The notes under the pieces were generated by a model. That model was not told the DNA's origin and did no database searches. It was given only the letters and a program-made list of their open reading frames with translations. A stretch of DNA of 55,361 bases from a virus. Its lineage: Duplodnaviria; Caudoviricetes. The stretch covers positions 1-55,361 of IMG/VR virus record IMGVR_UViG_3300008952_000062. One strand, written 5' to 3'. A program made the translations under genes and the position numbers. The stretch's first letter is position 1. Each line of letters opens with the position of its first letter. Shown in pieces: positions 1 to 8,106 of this stretch.

Positions 1-1368
1 TGGAACTCAGGTGGTATCACCTTTGAGAACTGGCAAGTTGCTCACTTCCGTATTCTCGGAAATGATAAGTATGTTCCTTATGGTTCTTCTATTTTAGAAC
101 CAGCAAGAAGGATCTGGAGGCAACTTACCTTACTGGAAGATGCTATGATGGCTTACCGAATCGTTCGCTCCCCCGAGCGGCGAGTATTTTACATTGATGT
201 TGGCAACATTTCTCCCCAAGATGTTGAGCAATATATGCAAAAAGTAATGACTTCCATGAAGAGAAATCAAGTAGTGGATGTTAATACGGGGAGGGTTGAT
301 CTTAGATACAACCCCCTGTCTGTAGAGGAAGATTACTTTTTGCCAGTTAGAGGAGATGCTTCATCCAGGATAGAGAATCTACCAGGAGGAACATTTACCG
401 GTGACATCGACGATGTAAAATATTTGAGAGACAAACTATTCTCTGCTCTCAAGATCCCTCAATCATACCTCTCCCGCGGAGAGGGTGGTGACGAAGAAAA
501 AACGACACTAGCGCAAAAAGATGTTCGTTTTGCTAGAACCATACAGAGATTGCAGAGAAGTGTTTTGTCGGAAATAGAGAAGATCGGAATTGTTCATCTC
601 TACACTCTCGGATTCAGGGGCGACGATTTGGTTTCTTTTTCTCTTATCCTCAATAATCCTTCGAAGATTGCTGAGTTGCAAGAACTCGAACATTGGAGAA
701 CAAAGTTCGAAGTTGCTTCGGGAGCAACAGAGGGATTTTTCAGTAAAAGGTGGATTGCTAATCACCTCTTTGGTTTGACGGATGAGGAAGTTATTAGGAT
801 GCAGAGAGAGATGTTCCACGATAGGAAACTCAATGCTGCTCTTGCAGCTGCCGAGGAACCACCAGAAGAGGGTGGTGAAGGTGGAGACGATCTTGGAGGT
901 GATTTGGGTGGAGGCGATCTCGGAGGTGACTTGGGAGGAGACGATCTTGGAGGAGACGATCTTGGTGGCGAAGATGAGCCGGAAGAAGATGAGACTCTAC
1001 TTGCTGCTCCCGATGAACTCGAAGAAGATGAGGACATTAAGGTGGGGCAAGAATATACCAAAAAGGGGTGGAAGGGAAAAACCCGTGTTAAGAAGGGGGA
1101 AGTGGGAAAAAGAAACGCTGCCCGTCAAAAAAGCATGAAATCGAAATTCAGCAGAGAGACTGCCAGCTCTACAAAAAGAAACATTTTGCCCGGATTGACT
1201 GACATCTCTACACTCTATACTGGGATCGATAATGGAATTTACGAAGACAAAAGCACTAATTATCAAGAAGACGAAGAGAAAACTCTCTTCAATTCTAAGA
1301 ATCAAATAAAGAAACTTGTAGAAGGATTAGAAAACAAGAAGACTGGAGACAAAAATGATGAGGAATAA
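1..1368 (+). CDS. gp20: Portal protein, T4 gp20-like (5' partial)
   Basis: Frame is open from base 1 (WNSGGITFENWQVAHFR...PYGSSILEPARRIWRQLTLLEDAMMAYRIVRSPERRVFYIDVGN). EDYFLPVRG and DDVKYLRDKLFSALKIP are typical gp20-family motifs. Acidic Gly/Asp-rich C-terminal tail. Confidence 0.95.
   Translation, partial: WNSGGITFENWQVAHFRILGNDKYVPYGSSILEPARRIWRQLTLLEDAMMAYRIVRSPERRVFYIDVGNISPQDVEQYMQKVMTSMKRNQVVDVNTGRVDLRYNPLSVEEDYFLPVRGDASSRIENLPGGTFTGDIDDVKYLRDKLFSALKIPQSYLSRGEGGDEEKTTLAQKDVRFARTIQRLQRSVLSEIEKIGIVHLYTLGFRGDDLVSFSLILNNPSKIAELQELEHWRTKFEVASGATEGFFSKRWIANHLFGLTDEEVIRMQREMFHDRKLNAALAAAEEPPEEGGEGGDDLGGDLGGGDLGGDLGGDDLGGDDLGGEDEPEEDETLLAAPDELEEDEDIKVGQEYTKKGWKGKTRVKKGEVGKRNAARQKSMKSKFSRETASSTKRNILPGLTDISTLYTGIDNGIYEDKSTNYQEDEEKTLFNSKNQIKKLVEGLENKKTGDKNDEE
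870..975 (+). repeat. Degenerate coding repeat (GGDL/GGDDL)n in the portal C-terminal tail
   Basis: Translation GGEGGDDLGGDLGGGDLGGDLGGDDLGGDDLGGED; ggagacgatcttgg recurs. Confidence 0.85.
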
Positions 1369-2188
1369 GCACAACAAGAAAAGGAATGTAGCTTTCATCT
1401 ACGAAGCACTGACGTTGACGATTACAGAGTCAATTATAAACAAAGATGATGATAGAAAATCGAAGGCTATGGCAATTATAAAGGAATTCTTTCAAGACAC
1501 GGAGGTTTCAAAGGAGCACGAAATTTATCGTTCTATCATGGAGTGCAGGGGTATTGAGGGTTCTGTTGCTGAAAAGATTATTGTTGAAGCAAAAAGGAGA
1601 CACGATGCCCTCGATAAAAGCAAACTGTTCTCCGAACAAACAGCCCTCATAAAGATGATAAACAAAAACCTCGATACAGAAGTTTTCAGCACTTTCGTCC
1701 CATCCTACAAGTCACTCGCAACCATTTCCCAAATGTTCGGAGCGGAGGCATCTATAAAGGATAGGGTTTTGCTGGAGAACAGGGTTATTGAAGAAATGGT
1801 GTGTGTGGAAAAAAGGGAAGAAAAGAAATTAGAACAAATTGACGAACTTGTCATGAATAGGTTCTTGGAAAAGTTTAATAGTAAATATTCCGGAGCCCTT
1901 ACTGAAAATCAGAAAACCCTTCTGATGAAGTACATTTCATCTTTTTCTGACAACGGAGTAGAATTGAAGATATATTTGAATGAAGAGATCGGTTTAATCA
2001 AAGAGAAGTTATCAGATCTCATGAAAGATTCAGAGGTCTGCGACTCTCAGATGCTTGGTTCTGCTCAAAAGGTTATGTCTATCTTGGAGTCTCATAAGGA
2101 GAGTCCAATCAACGATGAGATGTTGAAGGATGTTTTAAAGTTTCAAGAATTGGTAAAGGAAATGGACAATCATGACAATAGACATTAA
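1355..2188 (+). CDS. Hypothetical helical head-module protein
   Basis: 277 aa, SD GGAG upstream, overlaps the portal stop. N-terminus KHNKKRNVAFIYEAL. Lies between portal and protease. Confidence 0.8.
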   Translation: MMRNKHNKKRNVAFIYEALTLTITESIINKDDDRKSKAMAIIKEFFQDTEVSKEHEIYRSIMECRGIEGSVAEKIIVEAKRRHDALDKSKLFSEQTALIKMINKNLDTEVFSTFVPSYKSLATISQMFGAEASIKDRVLLENRVIEEMVCVEKREEKKLEQIDELVMNRFLEKFNSKYSGALTENQKTLLMKYISSFSDNGVELKIYLNEEIGLIKEKLSDLMKDSEVCDSQMLGSAQKVMSILESHKESPINDEMLKDVLKFQELVKEMDNHDNRH

Positions 2189-2714
2189 GATAGACCTGCC
2201 AGACAACAAGGGGGATAAATCCCCCGCCACAGAAGATGTTAGCATAAAATTGAATGCTAGAAAATCCATCGACGGCAATGTTATGATCTTTGATCACATC
2301 GACATTGACATCGTTATGATGCCGGAAAAAAAGAAGATTGTCGCATTTCCGAAAGAGATGATGAGTGACACAGTTTATGGTGCCCAAAACCGCATGTTCG
2401 ACTTTCTCGTAAAGAGAGGAATCATACTTCCAGAGACAGTTCAGGGTGGAAATGTTTATGGAGCTATAGAGGGAGTGTACCCAGAGTCAAAATCTGCCGA
2501 CACAACTAACGTAGTCCTCCTCTCTCTTTCCAAGTTCATCGACGAGGAACGACCATACTTTGCTTATGATAAACAGTATCAGCAACAAGAAATAGATCGA
2601 CTTGTAGAACCGGAAGACGAAGACTCCACTGAATTGGGAGAAGTTCCTCACGAAAAACAAAAAGGGAGTATCACTAGGGATACACACGGAAGGTACACAC
2701 CGGGTTATAGATAG
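2172..2714 (+). CDS. Hypothetical protein
   Basis: 180 aa ORF coupled to both neighbours; acidic end DEDSTELGEVPHEKQKGSI. Confidence 0.75.
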   Translation: MTIDIKIDLPDNKGDKSPATEDVSIKLNARKSIDGNVMIFDHIDIDIVMMPEKKKIVAFPKEMMSDTVYGAQNRMFDFLVKRGIILPETVQGGNVYGAIEGVYPESKSADTTNVVLLSLSKFIDEERPYFAYDKQYQQQEIDRLVEPEDEDSTELGEVPHEKQKGSITRDTHGRYTPGYR

Positions 2715-3031
2715 TGTTCGAAGAGATGATTTACTTCATCCTGTGTTCTTACGGGATGACTCACATTTTAGTATATGGTTCCCTCTTTGACAAGTTAAGA
2801 CCAAAGTATCACTTCTTCCGATGCCCAATGTGCATTGGTTTCTGGGTTGGGGTGCTTTTATGGGCATTTTCACCCTACACTTCACTATTTATGTTTGATA
2901 GAGGTCCAACTACGCCGCTCCTTTTGGGGTGCGTATCATCGGGGGTAAGTTACTTTCTTGTCCAACTTGTCGGTGATGGAGGAGTTAGATATGAAAAAGT
3001 GGATGCTACAACCAGTGAGAAGATGCCGTAA
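2714..3031 (+). CDS. Small membrane protein with CxxC (DUF1360-like)
   Basis: GTG start overlaps the upstream TAG. About three hydrophobic segments; FRCPMCIGFWVG motif at the start of a TM helix. Confidence 0.7.
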   Translation: MFEEMIYFILCSYGMTHILVYGSLFDKLRPKYHFFRCPMCIGFWVGVLLWAFSPYTSLFMFDRGPTTPLLLGCVSSGVSYFLVQLVGDGGVRYEKVDATTSEKMP

Positions 3032-3041
3032 AGGGTGCTAG
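2991..3041 (+). CDS. Unannotated 16-aa peptide MKKWMLQPVRRCRKGC
   Basis: SD GGAGGAG at 2978-2984, 6 nt before the ATG at 2991; TAG at 3039-3041. Below the ORF-track length cutoff. Confidence 0.55.
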   Translation: MKKWMLQPVRRCRKGC

Positions 3042-3042
3042 T

Positions 3043-3066
3043 TCGAGCGGGTTACGCCCGCATCGA
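3043..3066 (+). other. GC-rich hairpin immediately after the peptide stop
   Basis: TCGA-GCGGG-TTACG-CCCGC-A-TCGA. No U-tract follows, so not a typical intrinsic terminator. Confidence 0.6.
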
Positions 3067-3089
3067 TGAACCATTAGAGAGGATAGAAC

Positions 3090-3725
3090 ATGTCAAAATA
3101 TTTGCTTAGAGAATTTTACGAGTTGTGTGAGGGTGGTATTTGCGAAGACCTTCTCACCGAAGATGAGAAGAGAAGAATCAAGGAGAACAATGCCCTGATT
3201 CTTTCTGGTGTAATGCAGAGAGCAAATGCCAAGAACGGCAACGGCAGAGTTTATCCTCGTCCAATCCTCGAAAGAGAAGTGGAGACATACCAGAAGCTTG
3301 TCAGAGAAAGACGAGCAGTAGGTGAACTCGATCACCCTGACGATTCCGTCATCAATCTAAAGAACGCTTCCCATATCGTTACTGATGTGTGGTGGGACGG
3401 AAATGATGTTAAAGGGAAGGTAGAAGTTTTGAATACTCCATCCGGACAGATCCTTCGTTCTCTTGTGGAGTCGAATGTTAAACTAGGAATTTCATCAAGG
3501 GGACTGGGATCAGTTACTGAGTCCGAGGGAGGTTCAACATTGGTTCAGGACGATTTCCAATTAATTTGCTTTGATTTTGTATCAGAACCTTCAACCACCG
3601 GAGCTTTTATGGGACTAAGGGAGAGCAAGATTGCCAACAAGGAACCAAATATCTTCACTAAGGCAGATAAGATAAACAGAATTTTAAATGACATCATTTG
3701 GAGGAACGAAAATGAAAATAACTAA
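3090..3725 (+). CDS. gp21: Prohead core protease, T4 gp21-like
   Basis: NGNGRVYP, GELDHP, LGISSRGLGS and FDFVSEPST motifs (catalytic His/Ser/Asp contexts). Confidence 0.95.
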   Translation: MSKYLLREFYELCEGGICEDLLTEDEKRRIKENNALILSGVMQRANAKNGNGRVYPRPILEREVETYQKLVRERRAVGELDHPDDSVINLKNASHIVTDVWWDGNDVKGKVEVLNTPSGQILRSLVESNVKLGISSRGLGSVTESEGGSTLVQDDFQLICFDFVSEPSTTGAFMGLRESKIANKEPNIFTKADKINRILNDIIWRNENENN

Positions 3726-3984
3726 AGGTAAACTAAAGAAAATAATCATGGAAGAGATTTCTTTTTTGGAGCAAGATATGATAAATGTTCCAGGATTATA
3801 TAATGTTTCCCCCGAACAACTAAAGACAAACGTCATTGGCATGTTGGGAGAACTTGCCGAAGGTATTAAAGAGGGTGATTACGAGAAAGTGTTGAGCATT
3901 CTTGGAAACCCCGACAAAATGGAAATTTTAACTACTAAGGTGAAAGCATTGGCAGATAGTGGAGCAGGTAATGAAGAAGTCTGA
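3712..3984 (+). CDS. Small hypothetical head-associated protein
   Basis: SD GGAGGA at ~3700 favours the ATG at 3712 (MKITKGKLKKIIMEEI) over 3688. Confidence 0.7.
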   Translation: MKITKGKLKKIIMEEISFLEQDMINVPGLYNVSPEQLKTNVIGMLGELAEGIKEGDYEKVLSILGNPDKMEILTTKVKALADSGAGNEEV

Positions 3985-4354
3985 TTTGAAGAAGGTCTTG
4001 GAACCAATCATAAAAGAATGTATCACGGAGATGCTATTGGAAGAAGGTCTGTTGAAGTCGGTTGTCCAACAGATAACCGAAGGCATTCAACCCCAACAGC
4101 AAGTTGTTGTTAAGGAGAGTAGTGAGAAACCCTCCTATGAAGAGGTCAAAAAGAAGACCAACAAGGTTATCGAGGCAATGAAGAACAAACGAATCGGTGG
4201 AACAAATGTTTTTGAGGGAACAACACCTGCCCCGCCTCAAGCATCCCCTTCTTCGCAGGCTTCAAACCCACTGAGCGGGAAAGATCCGAGAGATCCTGGT
4301 GTTGACATCTCTGCACTGTATAATCCAAACTGGAAGAGGTTAGCAGGATCATGA
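3971..4354 (+). CDS. Hypothetical head-module protein
   Basis: Probable ATG at 3971 after GGAGCAGG (MKKSDLKKVLEPIIKECITEMLLEEG); C-terminal DPRDPGVDIS. Confidence 0.75.
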   Translation: MKKSDLKKVLEPIIKECITEMLLEEGLLKSVVQQITEGIQPQQQVVVKESSEKPSYEEVKKKTNKVIEAMKNKRIGGTNVFEGTTPAPPQASPSSQASNPLSGKDPRDPGVDISALYNPNWKRLAGS

Positions 4355-4554
4355 GGGCAAACATCACGATGAAACCAAAACCTGGTGAGTCTGCTGAGAG
4401 ATTCATAAAGAGATTTTGCAAAAAAGTAAAGAAATTCAAAATTATTGAACAAATCCGTGATCGGAGATATTACGAAAAACCATCCGACACTAATCGGGAA
4501 ATGAAAAAAAGACTCAAAAGAGAGCACGAAAAGAAGAGAAACAAGACTAATTAA
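4351..4554 (+). CDS. rpsU: Phage-encoded ribosomal protein bS21 homologue
   Basis: 67 aa, basic. GESAERFIKRFCKKV...IRDRRYYEKPS matches the bS21 pattern (E..E..L+RF++...R.+YEKPS). Confidence 0.85.
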   Translation: MRANITMKPKPGESAERFIKRFCKKVKKFKIIEQIRDRRYYEKPSDTNREMKKRLKREHEKKRNKTN

Positions 4555-4576
4555 AGGATGAACGGAGAGAAACATT

Positions 4577-4963
4577 ATGTCAAAATATAGCGCAGGATTA
4601 CATTCAGCTGGTGCATACCAGATTTCGGGAAGACCGTACATCACTGGGGGGAGTATCTCTAGTGGTGCCGAGGTAGAAGTCTCTTTCCCCGCAGTCACCA
4701 AGGCCGTGACGATCTATAACAACGGAAGCAATGCCTTGAGAGTACATTTTGCTTCAAAAACAAATGCTCGTGTTATTAACGAGAAACACTACATTGACAT
4801 CCCAAACTCCAACACCGGTGGATTGAACAGGTTGACGTTGAATGTTCGGTGTTCGAAGATTTATCTCTCAAACGCATCTGGTGGAACCACATTTCAGCTG
4901 GTTGCGGAATGCACCCTGATCCCAGATACCTATGAACTTTCAGGCTCTGGAATCAATGACTAA
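4577..4963 (+). CDS. Small beta-rich virion protein (possible capsid decoration)
   Basis: 128 aa, SD GGAGAG; AGLHSAGAYQISGRPYITG, FPAVTKAVTI. First gene of the fibre island. Confidence 0.65.
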   Translation: MSKYSAGLHSAGAYQISGRPYITGGSISSGAEVEVSFPAVTKAVTIYNNGSNALRVHFASKTNARVINEKHYIDIPNSNTGGLNRLTLNVRCSKIYLSNASGGTTFQLVAECTLIPDTYELSGSGIND

Positions 4964-7900
4964 TGGCACCAAAGGCAATTGGATATAGAGATGGTGGTAG
5001 TGGAAGCTTCGGATTCAAGTTCACAGACGACGGCCGAACTTACTTAGGTAATACCCTCGACGACATCCTCAGCATAACAGGATCAATCCAGCAAACAGCA
5101 GGAAGTTCAACTTTTTGCAGCGTTACCATCACCGGAAGCACTATTGGGCACACCTCTGACACTGACCTGATTACTCTTGCCGACGGAAATGTTACCATCG
5201 CAGGCACCCTTGTCCTCAACCAACATATTACGCACAATGGTGATGCCGACACTCGGATGAACTTTACCGATAACAGGATTCAGTTTGAAGCAGGTGGCAT
5301 TACGTTGCTCGGCCTGCACAAGAAAAGCTCTGCCCCTCACCAAGTCACTGTCAATAATGGAAACAACAATATTGACTTTGTTGTCAATAGCAACAACAAC
5401 AGCAATGATCCGATATTGAGAACCGATGCCAGCACCGCCAGGGTTGGCATTCGCAAAGCAGATCCAGATTGCGAACTCGATGTAGACGGCACTGTTACGG
5501 CAACATCGTTTGTTGGAACTCTAGCAACCGCAGCACAGGGAAACATCACATCTTTGGGAACTCTTACGGGAGTGACTTGCAGTGGACTAATAGCTGGGAA
5601 CCAATTGAAACTTAATGCCTCCGCAGGAGACATCCAAGATAGTCAAGGACATTCCAGGATCTCTTGGGCAAGCAACACCGACGCAACCGTCCTATCAGAT
5701 CCCGCCGGTGGAGCTGAGGTTACAATTTACGATGGGCAGGTAACAGTATCTGGTGATCTCCATGTAAACGACTATGCAAGAATAGATGCCCTAAGAGTTG
5801 GCACAACTTCAACAGATCCCGGTGATGGAAACCTTCTTGTTGAGGGAGACTTGTTTGTAAACGACTATGCAAGAATAGATGCCCTAAGAGTTGGCACAAC
5901 TTCAACAGATCCCGGTGATGGCAATCTTTATGTAGAGGAAGATGTTACGGCAGCTGGAGACATATACGTCGATGTAATCAGACGGCAATCAGACAGCAGC
6001 ACCACTACAAAAATACGACTCATGGATGAGGAAGTAAGAATCCATGCAGGAAATGCAAACGATGAAGTATTGAAGGCCAATGCTTCTGCCATAACTGTCA
6101 ACTCACTAACGGGGTCGGAATCTGGTCGTTTTGGTACACTACAGATCGGCACTGCCTCCCGCAGCGGAAACGAGAAGGTCAGAATTGCAGGTGCAGCTGA
6201 TGCCTACAACACACTCGTTGTTTGGGGTGCCGACGAAACAACTGAGTATGTTTCTCTTGGCATCAATGCAGATGGAGATCCTGCCGTAGTAGGCGGGTAT
6301 AACGGCACCTCTGCTACATCAAACCTAGCATTCATGACACAAACAGGTGGGGGTTCAAACGAGTCCACAAAGATGCTCCTTACCAGTGATGGGAAACTTG
6401 GTATTGGTAAGAACGATCCTACTGTTGCTCTTGCTATTGGAGGAGACTTCGGATTATCAGATTCCAGCACTATAAACAGGGTTACTCTCGAAGCTGGAAC
6501 CGGAGCAGATGCCTTCTTTGGATTTGGGGAAGATAGTAATGAAAGAGGTTGGATCGGTTGGGATGCCGGAGATCAAAAGATAACACTTGGTAGTATTTCC
6601 GACAACGGAACTTTTAATGATACCTTGGTTGTTAATGATGCTAAAGTTGGCATCGGCACAACAACACCTTTCGCAAACCTGTCGATAGAGGGAGATGCCG
6701 ATGGAGGCACCGTCTCTATCCGTTTGGGAGCAGACAACTCTTCAGCTAGCAACTTCTCCGGTAGATTAGAGTTCGCAGAGGACACCAACGGAAGCCAAGT
6801 TATGACATATGGTGCGTTCATGGATTATGACGGTGATGCTGCTTCTGGTTTTGGCAACGGTATGTTGAACATTGGAGTGAGAAGCAATAGCACTTCAGAC
6901 ACAAATGTTCTCAGGATAGATAGAGATGCTCTTGCCAACTCGATCCACATCCACGGAGCAGGAACTGCGCTCGGAACCACTGATAAAATTTCAAATGAAA
7001 GGTTACATGTTAGAAATACTTCATCGGGGTATGGTACTGGATTATTGTTGTCCAAAGGCAGTTCTACTGGAGACGAGTATTTGTCTTTAGATATCTCAGC
7101 GACAGACACTGCAACGATTACTGCTGGTGCCGTAGGAGCAGGTGACTGCGCGCTAACATTCAGAACAAGTGACAGCACAGAATACGAAAGAATGAGGATA
7201 GACAAATACGGACACGTTTTGATCAATGCGACTTCTTCAAATACTTCCGAAGGTCTTTTGCAGATCAAACAATCCTCCAACGACAACAACGGGGGAGGCA
7301 TTTCCATTATTCAATCTTCCACCGACCAATGTTGGACCATTTGGCAAGGAAGTGATGAAAACCTTTACTTTACTTTTGATGATTCTACCAAAGGATATTT
7401 GCACGACACCACGAATGTTGGTGCCATTGACTTTACGGGACAACACAGAAGCACCCCATCTTCTGAGTCTTCTTATAGTGAGTTATCTTCGAGTGTCGGA
7501 AAGATTGTAGTAAGTGACGGAACATACTCGAACCTATCAGCAGGAAGTATAGATGTCAACGAAGCCATTCCAAAAGTCAAATTGAGTAATTCAAGAAACC
7601 AAAAGTCAGTATTTGGGGTAGTGTCGGATGCAGAAGAACAGACCAGTTCGAGGGTTTACTCCAATGGAGCATTTGCTTCCGTGTTCGATAAGGGTGACGA
7701 AAACGACCATCGTATTATTATCAACTCCCTCGGTGAAGGTGGCATCTGGATTGCCAACATTGGTGGCAACATCGAGAACGGTGATTACATCACCACTTGT
7801 GAGATTCCTGGCTACGGAATGAAACAAGACGACGATCTCCTCCACAACTATACAGTAGCAAAAATAACACAAGATTGTCTTTTCGATTTGAACTCAACTA

Positions 7901-7980
7901 CTTACGAGTGTGAAGAGGTACAACACAACGGTCAAACTTACAAAGCAGCCTTCGTTGGATGCACTTATCATTGCGGGTAG
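4963..7980 (+). CDS. Fibre/spike protein with C-terminal intramolecular chaperone-like (Peptidase_G2-like) domain
   Basis: Repeated G-x-VGIG/LGIG fibre motifs. C-terminus FTGQH...NSLGEGGIW...IENGDYITT...GYGMKQDDDLLHNYTVAKITQDC...FVGCTYHCG. Confidence 0.75.
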   Translation: MAPKAIGYRDGGSGSFGFKFTDDGRTYLGNTLDDILSITGSIQQTAGSSTFCSVTITGSTIGHTSDTDLITLADGNVTIAGTLVLNQHITHNGDADTRMNFTDNRIQFEAGGITLLGLHKKSSAPHQVTVNNGNNNIDFVVNSNNNSNDPILRTDASTARVGIRKADPDCELDVDGTVTATSFVGTLATAAQGNITSLGTLTGVTCSGLIAGNQLKLNASAGDIQDSQGHSRISWASNTDATVLSDPAGGAEVTIYDGQVTVSGDLHVNDYARIDALRVGTTSTDPGDGNLLVEGDLFVNDYARIDALRVGTTSTDPGDGNLYVEEDVTAAGDIYVDVIRRQSDSSTTTKIRLMDEEVRIHAGNANDEVLKANASAITVNSLTGSESGRFGTLQIGTASRSGNEKVRIAGAADAYNTLVVWGADETTEYVSLGINADGDPAVVGGYNGTSATSNLAFMTQTGGGSNESTKMLLTSDGKLGIGKNDPTVALAIGGDFGLSDSSTINRVTLEAGTGADAFFGFGEDSNERGWIGWDAGDQKITLGSISDNGTFNDTLVVNDAKVGIGTTTPFANLSIEGDADGGTVSIRLGADNSSASNFSGRLEFAEDTNGSQVMTYGAFMDYDGDAASGFGNGMLNIGVRSNSTSDTNVLRIDRDALANSIHIHGAGTALGTTDKISNERLHVRNTSSGYGTGLLLSKGSSTGDEYLSLDISATDTATITAGAVGAGDCALTFRTSDSTEYERMRIDKYGHVLINATSSNTSEGLLQIKQSSNDNNGGGISIIQSSTDQCWTIWQGSDENLYFTFDDSTKGYLHDTTNVGAIDFTGQHRSTPSSESSYSELSSSVGKIVVSDGTYSNLSAGSIDVNEAIPKVKLSNSRNQKSVFGVVSDAEEQTSSRVYSNGAFASVFDKGDENDHRIIINSLGEGGIWIANIGGNIENGDYITTCEIPGYGMKQDDDLLHNYTVAKITQDCLFDLNSTTYECEEVQHNGQTYKAAFVGCTYHCG
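5763..5921 (+). repeat. Exact 66-bp direct repeat, 93-bp period (5763-5828 and 5856-5921)
   Basis: tgtaaacgactatgcaagaatagatgccctaagagttggcacaacttcaacagatcccggtgatgg occurs twice in frame (VNDYARIDALRVGTTSTDPGDG). Confidence 0.95.
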
Positions 7981-8106
7981 ATCCGGTCCTGAAATTTATT
8001 TTCTACGATACAAATAACGCACCCCAAATTCACAAAATAATTTAGTAACTACAGTGACCTATGGCCTAGTTACCCATGTAATATTGCGTAAATTGAGGGA
8101 TTTTAT

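Noticed and set aside
2991-3092. Genome-wide TAG reassignment, suggested by three in-frame TAGs between the peptide and the protease
   Set aside because: Many genes end at TAG at natural C-termini (7980, 28415, 35864, 46141), long ORFs are intact in the standard code, and the protease has its own SD.
5763-5921. CRISPR-like repeat-spacer pattern
   Set aside because: Only two 66-bp copies, in frame within a CDS; no cas genes or leader.
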